This document shows positions 1 to 13,183 of a DNA stretch of 64,000 nucleotides, piece by piece (position 1 is the first letter of the stretch; each line of letters opens with the position of its first letter). Origin of the DNA: Azolla caroliniana (Eukaryota > Plantae > Polypodiophyta); assembly GCA_043228905.1 (NCBI GenBank), contig JBHGNT010000004.1, forward strand, positions 18,786,001-18,850,000, given 5' to 3'. The notes beneath the pieces are model-generated. The model did no database searches. It was not told the DNA's origin and saw only the letters and a program-made list of their open reading frames with translations. Both the position numbers and the translations under genes were made by a program.

Positions 1-3000
1 CTAGACCACAAGTTGGAGGCATCAGATTCTCACAAATTTTTTGCACCATTTGTAATAAATCTGGACACACAAACAATCAATGTAGGTTCAGACAAATGAA
101 AAATAAACAATCATATCAACGACCTAGATCTCGAGTAGAAGTCCACCTAGTTGAAGAAATTTCAGAAAATGAGTCATACCCAACTGAAACAAATAGTGAG
201 GAAAATGATGATGGTTATGATGATCTCTTGCAAGTTTTCCTTGCGGAAGATTCAACTCCAGAAATCAATACAAAACAACAACCAAACAACACTTGGTACT
301 TCGATACTGGTGCCACCCATCACATGACAAATAATAAACAATCTATTAGAAACTACAACTCCTTACCCGTACCAATCCCTGTTGTGTTTGGTAATAATGG
401 CAGCCTAAATGCCTTAGGAAAAGGAGACGTAAGCTTTCTCCTACAAGACAATCAACTCCTCACAGTAGACAATGTCTATTTTGTTCCTGGAATCACGAAA
501 AATCTATTATCAGTTTCTCAAGCAACCAAAAATGGTACCTCCATAAAATTTGAAGAAACATATGCACAAATTAAGCATAAGTCACCAAATGGACAGAAAA
601 TAAAGTACATTTGTAGGCGCCTTGATAAAGGGCTTTATCGCATTCCATGTCCACCAACACATGCAGACATAGAAGCACTTTATGCATCCACAAAAGAAAA
701 CCATGATCTTAGCATCTTATGGCATCATAGACTTGCACATATAAATTTACAAGCCATTAAAACTCTACAATCAAAAAACATGGTTATTGGTCTCCCTAAA
801 GATCAATTCACAACTTCTCTAGACCTCTGCGAAGGGTGTCTTCTTGGGAAGATGCCTCATCACTCTTTTCCACTACGACAAAGTAGAAGTCGATTCCCAT
901 TGCAATTAGTCCAAAGTGATCTCTGTGGCCCTTTCCCGACACCGTCAATAACTGGATCACATTACTTCATCAGTTTCATAGATGTCTATAGTAGATTCAC
1001 TATTATTACATTTCTTAAGACAAAAAAACCAAGCACTTAAAAATTACTCAATATTAGCTGAAAATATAGCTAAAAGCAAAATACAATTTCTACAAACTGA
1101 TGGAGGCGGCGAATACAATTCCAATGCCCTCATGGATTTTTGCAAATCCAAAGGAATTCACCACCGAAAATAAACACCACAAACTCCTCAACAAAATGGT
1201 ATTGCAGAAAGAAAAAATTGTAGCTTACTAAATGCTACCCGTAGCATGCTAAATGCCGCAAACCTAGAGCCAAAATTTTGGGAGGAAGCGGTTGCAACCG
1301 CTTGTTACATTCAAAACAGAATTTATCACCGCTCGATTGGACTACATACACCTTTTGAAATGTGGTATGGTCACAAACCTCATTTACAAGACCTTAAAAT
1401 ATTCGGATGTATTGCTTTCGCTTGTGTACCAGAAAACAAAAGAAAGGTGTTAAATGCAAGAGCACAAAAATCCATCTTCGTTGGATATGGAGACACACAC
1501 GGTTACAAGGCCTACCGACTCTACAACCCAGCTACCAACAAATTTTTCTTCAGTCGAAGCGTTATCTTCAACGAATTTGACATCCTAAAAAATCAAAACC
1601 AAAAATCAAAAAATTCAGAAATCCTAATTAACAAACTTACTGCAGAAAATGGTGCACCTCCCGAGCCAACCAACAACACCATCCAATGGTGCCTTCCATC
1701 TGGCCGTCCATCAATCACTGATGGAACTCCCACACCTTCACAAGTCTCCTTTAATCTACTACCATCATCTTCAGAAGCCACGTCGGGCAACATTCCACCG
1801 CCAAACAGAGATCACGGCACAACCAACCACACTCCCGTTGTGTTCCCCACACATGCCGCTCCACCACCGTCGTCTCCTGAAGCCGCCTCAAGTAGCATTC
1901 GATCTCCAAACAGAGATCGCGCCATCACTATGAACCACACTCCTGTAGTTGCGGAGCATACAAATGTTGCCTCTCCTCAATGCCATAGTTTTTCTCCTTC
2001 TATCCCACATAATACATTAATGTCTCCTAGCCAAACATTAAGACCTAACACTTCCCCATTAGACACTCCACCCACGTATGACACTTATAACATAGACATG
2101 ACATCCCCAAGACGCCTTAGAAGACTTTCCGACATCTACAGAGAGCTAGATGAATAAGAGTGTCATTTTAGCGACCTCGACCCTAGCAACATTGGTATTT
2201 TGGATAAATCTGGCCTTGATGAAGTACCCACAAAAATTGACTATGAAGAGCCTACAACCGTAGAAGAAGCTCTCCAAAGCTCAAATGCAGAAAATTGGAT
2301 TACTGCCATGAAAAATGAAATGCACTCTCTTACAAAAAATGAAACATGGTGTCTAGTGCAAAAACCTCAAAATCGCACAATTATTACATGCAAGTGGGTA
2401 CTTCGAATTAAGCGAGACTCGCATGGAAATCCCATTCGATTTAAAGCACGCTTGGTTGCTCGAGGCTTCGCACAAGTACCCGGAATAGACTTCACAGAAA
2501 CCTTCAGTCCCACACTTCGAATAACATCTTTTCGACTACTTGTGGCCATCGCCGCTGCTCAAAAGCTCGAACTTCATCACTTGGATGTTCAAACCGCTTT
2601 CCTTCATGGTGATCTTGAAGAAGAAGTCTATATGAAGCAACCTCCCTACTTCGAGAATACAAAGTTTCCAACACACGTTTGCAAACTAAAGAAGTCCATT
2701 TATGGCTTACGACAATCACCTCGAGCATGGTACTATCGTCTCCATATATTCTTAATCAAATGTGGATATAATAGACTTAAAAGTGAACCAAACATCTATT
2801 TTAGAAAATTAGCATCTAACTTTATCATACTAGGGGTCTATGTAGATGATTTTCCCCTCCTCTCAAATTCTCTATCTTATTTAAATTTTTGCAAACAAGA
2901 ACTAAAATCAACATTTCCTATCACCGATCTTGGACCCATGACCTATTTTCTAGGAATAGAAGAAAAAAGAAATACAACACTAGGACAAATATCACTCTCA

Positions 3001-4142
3001 CAATCTCGGTACATTGATAATATTCTAAAACGTTTTGACATGGAACACTGCAAACCCATCTCTACACCACTTCCTACCACACTTAAGTTGTCCATTGAAG
3101 ATAGCCCAAAATCACCCATAGAAGAAACCGAAATGAAAAACATTCCCTACAGATAAGTAATAGGGTCCATACGATATCTAGTAAGTAGCACCAGACCAGA
3201 TCTATGCTTTAACACCGGACTACTATCACGTTTTATGACTAACCCCGGTCCTAAACATTGGTAAGCACTTAAAAGAATTCTTAGATATCTTAAACATACT
3301 AAACACTTGTGTCTTATTTATCAATCCACGCATTCGGAATCGATCCAACCAAAATTGTGCGGATGGGCAAACCCCTCAACTCCTCTTCATGGTTGGTGCG
3401 ATTCCGACTGGGGGGGGGATGTGGATGACCGAAAATCTACAAGTGGCTATGTTGACACCTTTGCCGGAGGAGCGATCGCGTGGAGGTCGAAGAAACAATC
3501 TACAGTTTCACTATCTTCAACAGAAGCAGAATATGTTGCTGCCACTCTAGCTGCAAAAGAAGGAATCTGGTTGAAAGCTATATTGGAGGAAATTAATCTT
3601 TCTAAAGAAAAACCAATAGAAATTTACTGCGACAACCAATCTTGCATAAAGCTCGCAATCAATCCACGAATGAGCGACAATATAAGACATATATCATTCA
3701 AGCACCATTTTCTAAGGGACCTAATTGAAGAGAAGAAAATAAATTTGAAGTTCACTCCATCAACCTCCATGTGGGCAGACTTCTTAACAAAGTCGGTGCC
3801 AAACCATAAACACGTACAATGTTGCAAGAACATTGGGCTTCTCAACTTCACCAACATTGAAGACAAAGATATGGAATTTTGATTATTTTCCTTAGGGGGG
3901 AGTGTTGGAAATTATAAGGAAAATAATATGAAGTAATAATAACTAAATTATAAAACAATAAAATAATAAAATAATAAAAATAAACAGTTATGACTATTAC
4001 GAACAGTCACTTTTGTAAAAGACACATTCGTTCTATAAAGCTAAATATACACGCCTCTCTATAGGCAGAGAGGAACCATAATTTTTATCTATCTGTCTCT
4101 GTCTCTATATCTTTTTATCTCTCCCTGTCTCTGTTTTCAATA
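1..4142 (+). mobile_element. Ty1/copia LTR retrotransposon, degenerate; 5' part lies outside the window
   Basis: Copia domain order: zinc knuckle (CTICNKSGHTNNQC, ~40-90), protease WYFDTGATHHM, GAG-pre-integrase LWHHRLAH, integrase (SDLCGP, TDGGGEY), RT (FKARLVARGF, YVDD), RNase H (DSDWGG, SSTEAEY). Several stops and frameshifts. PPT TAGGGGGGAG at 3893-3902. Confidence 0.95.
3903..4142 (+). repeat. 3' LTR of the copia element (~240 bp)
   Basis: Starts TGTTGGAA right after the PPT. Ends TTTTCAATA (decayed CA), where LRR-gene homology begins. Confidence 0.75.
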
Positions 4143-4280
4143 GCCTTGAATCGAAGCAATGCTTGGCGGTCTCCGGGAAAGCACACGGTGGTATTAGTGA
4201 CGGGTGCAGCTACAATGAGGCTTTCATCCTCATCGGCACCACAGTCAAGGGGATCAACATCACAGAGGCCGGCATTTGGG
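4143..4280 (-). pseudogene. Fragment of a secreted LRR gene paralogue (N-terminal part), between two retrotransposons
   Basis: GCCTTGAATCGAAGCAATGCTTGGCGGTC...CATTTGGG aligns with 53290-53427 of the intact LRR gene. Confidence 0.9.
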
Positions 4281-4736
4281 TGTTGTCCAGAGGACAGAAA
4301 TGTAAAATTAGGAAATTAGCAAACGCCGAGTCCGAGTATCACGGGCCATCGATGGCTCGGCGGTGTATTAGGGGAAATGTTATTTAAACGAGGAGCAGTA
4401 CCTCAGAGAGGGAGAGAAGAAAACTATACGCGGAAGCACTAGCTTAGTCATTCGTAATTAGATCAACTCGTAAGGTCACCGGCCATAGGCCGTGTTCTGT
4501 AATCTTTTCTGTCATAGTAATATATCTGATTTGTGCCTATTTTTGCTGCATGAGTCTGTGCTTTGATCCATACCTATGAGTTTTACGCCGCCACGTCTAT
4601 CAAGACCTCGCTAGTGTTTTCTCTCTGAGCCTTGTATCTCTCTCGACGCCTCTGTTACGAGCCTTCACGTACCACGCCCTTGAAGACCGATAGACGCAGA
4701 TCTATCGAAGGTGTTCACCCAAAGGAACGGGTAACA
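4281..4736 (+). repeat. 5' LTR of the gypsy element
   Basis: TGTTGTCC...GGGTAACA; about 5 mismatches (counted by eye) to the 12394-12841 copy. Confidence 0.93.
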
Positions 4737-7073
4737 CAATTTGGCATGCCCGGTTACAACTGTGAGTGCACAGCGAACTTCGTTGAAGGTAACCACCAGC
4801 CGCCGTTACGGCGCCCTCTCGCACCACGAGGTCTTGGCCACCCGCTCGACGCCCTGAGCCAGTCGAAGGAACTTCCGACTCGGCGGTCACTGACCAATCC
4901 TTTCCCGATCAATCGGGGGCTTGTCCAGTGCAATCCTCGCCACCGGACACTCAATCGCGAGTTGATTCACCACCAGAACCCCCGTTGAGCCCTCCGGAGG
5001 TCAATCAATCGGAACTAAACCCTTTTTCGGTGCTACCAGAAGAACCACAGTACGACATCATGCCGTACCCATACCCATGATATACCGACGGACCAGACGC
5101 GGAGTCACACGTCCGTGCCTTCATATCCATGTGGCAGGTTAACCACTCCACGCACCGCCTCACGCCGGCCGAAATCGATGCCTCGAAGATTGCCGAGTTC
5201 ACACTCTCCCTCGATGGACCGGCCGCACGATGGTACTCTCGCCTCGAAATAGGAGAGGCCACCACTTTCCAAATCGTGCGCACAAAGTTCCTTGAACTTT
5301 TTCATCGCGAGGTGCCTAAAAGGGAACTGCTCTGGCAATTCTTCTCTATATGCCAGGAACCGCACGAAACGGTCGCGCAGTTCACGATCCGGTTCTAGGA
5401 TCTCTACAGACAAGTGGTCGATGATGTCTCGGCACAACATATACCAGACACTTTCCTATCCAGTTTACGAGAGCCTCTACGAACGACTCTCGCACTTACA
5501 AATTTCGCCAACCATACTATCGAACAAGTCATAGCGCGCGTTCTCGCCCTCGATCGGAACTAGCACGGCATGGCCTTCTCGATGACATCCTTGCAAAACG
5601 CTCTTCCCCAAGAGGACAATCACTTTCGCCAAGCCCTCCAATGCACTGCGTGTTCAGGATCAGGGCACCTGGCCCTCGAATGTCCCCACCGACCACAGTG
5701 TCTGATCTGTCAATCTCGAGCTCACACGATCGAGCAGTGCGAATATAATATGCTGAACCGCACAACAACGGCACCGGTCCGCCAGATCGAGCCACGAAAT
5801 ACATACTCTCGGCAGGACGAGCGATATATCTACCGAGACCAGGATAACGACCAACCACGATCCCCGGATCGATGGCGTCGAGACGATGACTACCAACGTG
5901 ATAACCTCCGTGATTATTATCGCGATGACCGGCACGACGATTATGCTCGATACGATGACGATCGCGATGATCGGTATGACCGAAGGAACTCACGCATTGA
6001 TCGGCGAAACGGCAACCGCAACACACGCAACAATAGAAGACCTAATCACAATCGCCGACGGGACGCTCCTCAACATGACCAGCGCAACTCCCACGCACCT
6101 CGGAACAACCCACCACCAAATGAGACCGAGAATCAACAACAACAGCTTCTAAACACAGACCGAGCGGACACCAGCAGCTAAGCCAACGTGACATCTTTTA
6201 AATGTAATCAACCAGGCCACTACGCCACGCAATGTCCGACAACCAACCGTGGCAAGGCACCCGTGGTGAACAGTATCATGGCCGATGTTCAAACGGTCAC
6301 TACCCGGAGTAAAGCGCAGACTACTCAGTGGCAAATCCAGGATGACGTACGATAGGCAGGAAAAGAATGGGTCGACACGACCAATAAAAATAATGCCATA
6401 CGCATGCAAACTGACATGAGGGACGGGCCCAATGAAGTACCACAAACCTCGGCACCATCCACGTCGTCGTCGGATGACCAGCTATGGGATGTTCTTACCA
6501 ACTCCCGCATCTCGCTGCCCCTACATAAACTGCTACCACTCATGCCGAGATTTCGGGACACCCTGGCGGCACTCCAGGCCAATACTAAGGCCGTGACACC
6601 ACTGGTACACCTCACCGAAGCAGGAACCGGTCCACCACTCATGGATTCTCAAAACCCAACCGTGCGAATCATCATTAAGGGACAAGACCTGCACGGATGC
6701 ATCATCGACGGCGGATCCGGCGTAACATGATCAACATTGGCAGCGCAACATGATCTCGTTCCGAAGAGGGAAGACAAAAGTTCGAATCATCACTGAAGAA
6801 CGAGTCCCTGTCGCCCTCAACACTTCACCGTTATACGCGGAAGGGGTCCATATGCTCGACGGGTTGGCCGATGAGGAGGTCGATGACTTCCTAGAGGATC
6901 ATCCCACGATCATCCCTCTCTTCAAAATCAATGCCTTATCAACCATCGAGCCATCTAAAGACGAGGAAGTCACGGAGGAGTCACCACCCTAGGATGAACC
7001 AGATGCAACCACAATTGCCGAGCTACGTCATGCTCAGGAGGCTTTCGAACGCGAACTCGCCATTTCACAACAA

Positions 7074-9845
7074 GTGAAAGCATCAACCTTGGAAACAATA
7101 AACCTCGGTTCGGACGAGAATCCCCGTACGGTACAAATTGCCAATAATCTACCAACCGCTGAACGGGCATGCCTCGTAAAATTACTCACCGACTACCAGG
7201 ATGTTTTCGCTTGGTCTTACACCGATATGAAGGGGCTAGATCCTCAATACTACCAACATCAAATTCACATCTTACCCGACACTCGGCCGGTTCAACAGAG
7301 GCGCTACAGGATGAACCCCAACTACGCCGCTAAAGTCAAAGAGGAAATTGACAAACTACTCCGAGTGGGCTTCATTCGCCCTGTTAAACGGGCTACATGG
7401 TTGAGCCCGATCGTAGTGGTCCCAAAGAAGAACGGAAAAATCCGCGTCTGCGTCGACTATCGGAAGCTTAACGCGGCAACAGTCACCGACGGTTTCCCTC
7501 TCCCATTCACGGATAGCGTCCTCGACACGGTAGCCGGCCACGAATTCTACAGTTTCCTCGACGGGTTCAGCGGCTATAACCAGATAAGAATGCACCCGGA
7601 GGATCAGGAGAAAACCGCTTTCGTCATGGAATGGGGTGTTTTTGTAGCAGAAGTTATGATGTTCGGTCTAAAAACGGCGCCGGCTACGTTCCAACGCATC
7701 ATCACCGAAATCTTTCATGACTACATCCCGGCGTTCATGCAAGTCTTCCTCGACGATTTCGCCATGTATGGCCATCGACGGGAACACATGACCCAGTTAC
7801 GACTCTGCCTGGACCGATGTCGCCAAGCTCGATTGAGTTTAAACCCGGCGAAATGTGCGTTCTTAGTCACCAGCGGCAACCTTCTCGGCCACATTGTCAG
7901 TCAAGAAGGCATCGCTATGGACCCAGATAAAGTAAAGGCAATCTTGAATGCCACCGCACCCTCGAACGCTAAGGCACTAAGCCATTTTTTGGGACAGATC
8001 CGGTGGCACAACCGAATGATACGACACCTGACCGATTTCGCGACACCCTTGCACGCGGCAGTCCATTGCCTTCCTTTCCAATGGACGTCAGTCGAGGACA
8101 CGGCCTATCAGACCCTGAAACGAATGCTGTCACATGCCTCGGTGGTCCAGTCTCCGGTTTGGTCCGAACCGTTTCATGTCTTCGTAGATGTTTCGGACAT
8201 CGCCATCGGAAGTGCCCTGATGCAATGCACACCCCCGAATTGGTATAGGCCCGTGTACTACGCCAGCCGACGGCTCTCGACCGCGGAAAAGAATTACTCC
8301 ACCACCGAGCGGGAGGCCCTCGGTATGATTTATAGCATCAATAAATTTCGGCATTACCTCTTGGGCCGAAAATTTACCTTTCACGTGGATCACTCGGCCC
8401 TTCTTTATTTGGTCAATAAACAAGCCCTCACCGGACGGTTGGCTCGGTGGATGCTCCTACTACAAGAGTTTGATTTTCAGATTCACCATCGACCCGGGGT
8501 ACAACATGCCGTCGCCGACTACTTGAGCCGTCTTGAGTCAGGAGAACCGGCGAAAACAACGTACGACGAGCTACCGGACGCCAGTCTATTTAACCTGACC
8601 ACGATACCAGACGATAACGGAGATGAATGGATCACGGAGATGACCCATTTTCTCACTACCGGTGTACCTCCTGAGCACATGACCCTTGACACGAGAAAAC
8701 GCCTAGCAGTGCGTAGCCGGAATTTTTGCCTCATCTCGGACATTCTCTACCACAAAGGCTCGGACGGCATATGGCGCCGAGCGATTCAGCAATTCGAGAA
8801 GAACACCGTTCTTCAGGAAGCCCACCAGGGAGTAGCTGGGGGACACTACGCTGGGGATTCCACGGCAAGGAAAGTTTGGCAAAGTGGATTATGGTGGCCG
8901 ACAACGAAGAAAGACGCTCACGAGTTTTGCCGGCAGTGCGATTTGTGCCAACGTCTGGGGCAAGCAATGGAGCAGTCACGGATGCGACACCAGCCGATTC
9001 TTCCGTTGGACCCATTTCAAAAATGGGGTTTGGATTTTGTAGGCCCTTTCAAACCACCCGCGGCCCGAACAGGGAATAGGTATATTATAGTTGCCATGGA
9101 TTACTGCACCAAATGGGTCGAGGCGAAGGCTCTCCAAGATAACACGGCGGCATCCATGGCTAAATTTCTGTACGAGCACCTCTGGTGCCGTTACGGATGT
9201 CCAATCGAGCTCGTAAGTGACCAAGGTGGGCACTTCATCAATCATATAATACGTGAGCTTACACACCACTACGCGGTGGTACACAAGAAAAGCACACCAT
9301 ACTACCCGCAAGCGAACGGCTTGGCAGAATCGACCAATAAAATCCTCCAAACCATACTGAAGAAGATCGTCAATGAAAATAGGACCGATTGGGATGACAA
9401 ACTCCAGAGCGCGCTGTGGGCGTATCGTACGACTTTCAAAACAAGCATCCAATCAACCCCCTTTCGAATGGCGTTCGGGTTAGAAGCCATAATGCCCATC
9501 GAGTTCCAAGTCCCGAACCTCCGAGTTCAAGTCAAAGCACGGCTCCCCGAGGCCGAATCCGAGCAATACCAGCTGGAACAACTCCTCGAACTCGGGGAAG
9601 ATAGGATAGAGAGTATGGCCCAGCTCGAACAACGCCAACGACAACACAAGGCTTTCGTGGATCGACATCGACATGGGCTGGAGAAGGAGCTCACCATCGG
9701 CAAACCAGTTCTTCTTTTCCAAACACGACTCGGGTCAATGCCGGGAAAATTAAGATTTCGGTGGACCGGTTCATTCTGGATTATCGACGAGTTCAACGGG
9801 ACGTTCCAGCTCGGCACACTCGCCGGCGACACGGTCAAAAGCTAG
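7074..9845 (+). CDS. Gypsy pol: reverse transcriptase, RNase H, integrase
   Basis: RVCVDYRKLN, LDGFSGYNQI, FLDD, NYSTTEREAL, GGHYAG...CDLCQR, WGLDFVGP, PQANGLAE. Ends in a premature TAG near the C-terminus. Confidence 0.92.
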   Translation: MKASTLETINLGSDENPRTVQIANNLPTAERACLVKLLTDYQDVFAWSYTDMKGLDPQYYQHQIHILPDTRPVQQRRYRMNPNYAAKVKEEIDKLLRVGFIRPVKRATWLSPIVVVPKKNGKIRVCVDYRKLNAATVTDGFPLPFTDSVLDTVAGHEFYSFLDGFSGYNQIRMHPEDQEKTAFVMEWGVFVAEVMMFGLKTAPATFQRIITEIFHDYIPAFMQVFLDDFAMYGHRREHMTQLRLCLDRCRQARLSLNPAKCAFLVTSGNLLGHIVSQEGIAMDPDKVKAILNATAPSNAKALSHFLGQIRWHNRMIRHLTDFATPLHAAVHCLPFQWTSVEDTAYQTLKRMLSHASVVQSPVWSEPFHVFVDVSDIAIGSALMQCTPPNWYRPVYYASRRLSTAEKNYSTTEREALGMIYSINKFRHYLLGRKFTFHVDHSALLYLVNKQALTGRLARWMLLLQEFDFQIHHRPGVQHAVADYLSRLESGEPAKTTYDELPDASLFNLTTIPDDNGDEWITEMTHFLTTGVPPEHMTLDTRKRLAVRSRNFCLISDILYHKGSDGIWRRAIQQFEKNTVLQEAHQGVAGGHYAGDSTARKVWQSGLWWPTTKKDAHEFCRQCDLCQRLGQAMEQSRMRHQPILPLDPFQKWGLDFVGPFKPPAARTGNRYIIVAMDYCTKWVEAKALQDNTAASMAKFLYEHLWCRYGCPIELVSDQGGHFINHIIRELTHHYAVVHKKSTPYYPQANGLAESTNKILQTILKKIVNENRTDWDDKLQSALWAYRTTFKTSIQSTPFRMAFGLEAIMPIEFQVPNLRVQVKARLPEAESEQYQLEQLLELGEDRIESMAQLEQRQRQHKAFVDRHRHGLEKELTIGKPVLLFQTRLGSMPGKLRFRWTGSFWIIDEFNGTFQLGTLAGDTVKS

Positions 9846-10199
9846 GCCAATGGTTTTCGACTTCGACCATATCGAGGGCCTACACCACTCAACCCGTTTA
9901 CCGAGCCACACGGCACAAACAAGACTCGGGAGATCACCACGGAGGACGCCACGTGTCCCCCTGAATAAGGACTCACCCACCTTCTTGAAATTAATAAAAG
10001 TAGTAGAAGGTAGGATTAACCATAGTTTAGCCACTGATGAGCTACACCTACACCACCCACCTAGGCACCCACAATTTTAGGAGCACCCCTCGCCACCACT
10101 CAGTTAGTACCTATTTAAGCTGTTCACATATGCAAAGCACATGCAAAGCACTAGAAGCACCCCACTCACCTTCAGGACACGTGGTGCTAGTCACTTATT

Positions 10200-12395
10200 A
10201 TGGCACCCACGACTCAGAATCTTCAGGATTCGCTTCAGGCACAAAACCCTAGGAGTAAATTACTAAAACTGTTTCCAAAACGCAGCACAGACCATTATCG
10301 CTCCCCATCTCCATCGCTCTCAAGCTCAGAACCCTCGTCTCGCCCTCATCACGCTAAGAGCTCTTGCTCTCAAGCCCTCTTTCGCTCTCATAACCCCTCT
10401 GCTGGACTTCCCCTTCCTGCTGTTCCTCCTGTGGCTCGCCCTCGCCTCATCACTTTGCTACCCGCTTCCACACAGTCGAACCCCGTCTCCATCTCCACCA
10501 TGCCTCTTACCGCCTCAACAGAAACCCGCGCCTGGCTCCAGGAACGAGGAATGGGCGGTTACCTGAAGATCATCGATGCCCCCGCGCACCCAGATGCCCA
10601 AACTGTGGCTAAACGTATAAGTCCCGAAGCCATCACCAACAACGTGCTTCGGGCTGTTTTGGATCTGCAACGGGGAGGAGACCATGAGGTCGACATACCC
10701 CCGGCATCAAAGATGAAGGCGTACTTCGGTGAATACGCAGCCTCAGGGAAGGCATATCGCACATATGGCGGTCCCAACAAAGCTTTCGGGGAGATTGCTC
10801 GTATATTGATGGAGTATGCATTCGTGCATACGAACCCAACGAGCATGCCGCAGAACAAGGCAGCCATCATCATCAGCGCGTATGAAGGAAACATAATCGA
10901 TTGGGGAATCATCACAGGCGAGGGACTCCGCGCCGCCTTAGCTTCATTTCAGTCCGGTAAGAAGATGTTGTCTGTTCTTACCCACTTTTTGATGGTTCTA
11001 TACCCACCCTCTTCGCTTCCTTCCCCTCGCACACTCACGTCCCCACCACCACCACGAAGGCAGAGAGAGAAATTCGTGGCCATCAGTAACGAAGCATGGG
11101 AGGAGCCCACATCGCCTTCACCCCCTGCCGCCGACCAGAAAACCGCATCTGCACCACCACCCGCCCAACCCCAACAAAAAAGGGTAGTTTACGAGACCTG
11201 CCAAGAATGGGAGGAGGAGGTAGCCGCGGAAGACAAAACGGTCGACGACGTCACCATTCGACAGCCAACGCCGCGCCCCTCGGTAACGTCCCCAGGACCT
11301 AGCCCACGCCCCAACACACAGCAGGCTGCACCACCACGACCCTAGAAAAGGAAGCAAGCGGAGGAAACGACAAGTCTACTGGCCCCGAAACCCCATACAC
11401 AGCCAAGCAAGTGAAAATGACTCAACCGCGAGTCCTCAGAAGAACAGAAGGAGCCACAACAGGAGCAAGCCTTAGTGGTCAGACAGAGCAACCTGGCCAT
11501 CACCCCTGCGGAGGCATCGCTGAATCAGGGAACGATCAAGCATGGGCAGACAACATAGATCTCGGAGGATGAAGTCCTCGGGTATAAGGACCTCCCCGTG
11601 GAGGCTTACGAATTTAGTGCGCTCCTACGCCTCGGTACGTCATTCGAGCTGGTCGACTTCCTCGCCAGAGCCCAAGTTGCGGCAGCTGCTCGAATGGCGG
11701 AAGAGCACGCCGAAACAAAAATGAGTCAACGCGCGCTAATAAGTGAAATTGAGCCCCAGGAGGACAGGGCTTTACAAAAAATCGGGAGGAAGAAGCAGGC
11801 AAAACAGGCCGCTCTCCTCATGGAGGTCCCCAAGTTGAACACGGCCCTTATCGAGGCATATCGGGACTTGGATCGCACTACACGGGCAGCCAAAGACATG
11901 GCCCGAAAGATAAAAATAGCCCAAAAACAGGCTAAGATGGCTACAGAACTATGGCACGCTGCGAACCAGAAGCTGGCAGCTTGGGAGCAAAACCGGCCGG
12001 AACAACAACTCTCGAGCCTTCCGGTAACGACCACTGAGGCCCTCCCAACGCCTCCACGCATAACAATGGTGGATGAAAGCACCATCACCGACTCAATCCT
12101 GAAGGTGTAGGCCAGTACACAAACGGACTTGTTACAAATGGTCGATGCCTGCAAAACAACCGAGGCGCCCACGGCCATGGAAACGACCGAGATACCACCA
12201 CCTTGTGCACCCAAGGAGGTGGCAACCCAAACAGAACCCCCGCTCTGGGATTACCGTGCGGAGCTTAAAGAAGAACAACGGCGAACCGAGAGACACGAAC
12301 AATGGCATCAAGAGGCGATGGCTCGCCTAAAAGAAGAAGCTTCCAAGCAGATGGCCGAGATAAGAGCCCAGGCCGACCAAAGGATACACGACTAG
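10200..12395 (+). pseudogene. Additional sense ORF between integrase and 3' LTR (globular domain, Pro-rich linker, coiled coil), broken by stops and frameshifts
   Basis: ORFs 10200-11345, 11598-12110 and 12129-12395. The likely real start is MPLTASTE at ~10500. Confidence 0.7.
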
Positions 12396-12841
12396 AGGAC
12401 AGAAATGTAAAATTAGGAAATTAGCAAACGCCGAGTCCGAGTATCACGGGCCACCGATGGCTCGGCGGTGTATTAGGGGAAAGGTTATTTAAACGAGGAG
12501 CAGTACCTCAGAGAGGGAGAGAAGAAAACTATAGGCGGAAGCACTAGCTTAGTCATTCGTAATTAGATCAACTCGTAAGGTCACCGGCCATAGGCCGTGT
12601 TCTGTAATCTTTTCTGTCATAGTAATATATCTGATTTGTGCCTATTTTTGCTGCATGAGTCTGTGCTTTGATCCATACCTATGAGTTTTACGCCGCCACG
12701 TCTATCAAGACCTCGCTAGTGTTTTCTCTCTAAGCCTTGTATCTCTCTCGACGCCTCTGTTACGAGCCTTCACGTACCACGCCCTTGAAGACCGATAGAC
12801 GCAGATCTATCGAAGGTGTTCACCCACAGGAACGGGTAACA
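12394..12841 (+). repeat. 3' LTR of the gypsy element, lacking its first 8 bp and the PPT
   Basis: Identity to the 5' LTR starts at AGAGGACAG (=4289). No purine tract upstream. Confidence 0.9.
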
Positions 12842-12930
12842 TTGGGCACAACGTGAACATGCCCATGAGTATTAGCACTACTAGGAAAATTGGTCTTAAT
12901 AGCTTTGCGATATTGATGGAGTCACAGTCT
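12842..12930 (-). pseudogene. Signal-peptide end of the same LRR paralogue; start codon mutated ATG>ATC
   Basis: TTGGGCACAACGTGAACATGCCCATGAGTA...AGCTTTGCGATATTG aligns with 53423-53496. Confidence 0.85.
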
Positions 12931-13147
12931 TAGATATTTTATCGATGCCTAGGTCTTAGGTGTTTGTCTATGGATTAAACTTGTGCTACAACCTTCCTTT
13001 ATATTCTATACGTTAGTTTTAAGGTTGCCTATTCTACACTAATGTCTTTACCTTTTCTCTCTCTCTCTTTGGCCAGACCTATATTAATAAAACACTACAA
13101 TGGTTACCACAATGGAATATTGTGAGAATTTGTGACCACTACAAACT

Positions 13148-13183
<36 letters not shown>

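Larger units (their letters stand above)
4281..12841 (+). mobile_element. Ty3/gypsy LTR retrotransposon (non-chromovirus, Athila/Tat-like) with an extra 3' ORF; TSD TTGGG
   Basis: LTRs 4281-4736 and 12394-12841. TTGGG at 4276-4280 and 12842-12846. Non-Met PBS-like TGGCATGCCCGG at ~4742. Gag with zinc knuckles, truncated protease (IIDGGSGV), RT-RH-INT ORF at 7074-9845. Confidence 0.95.
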
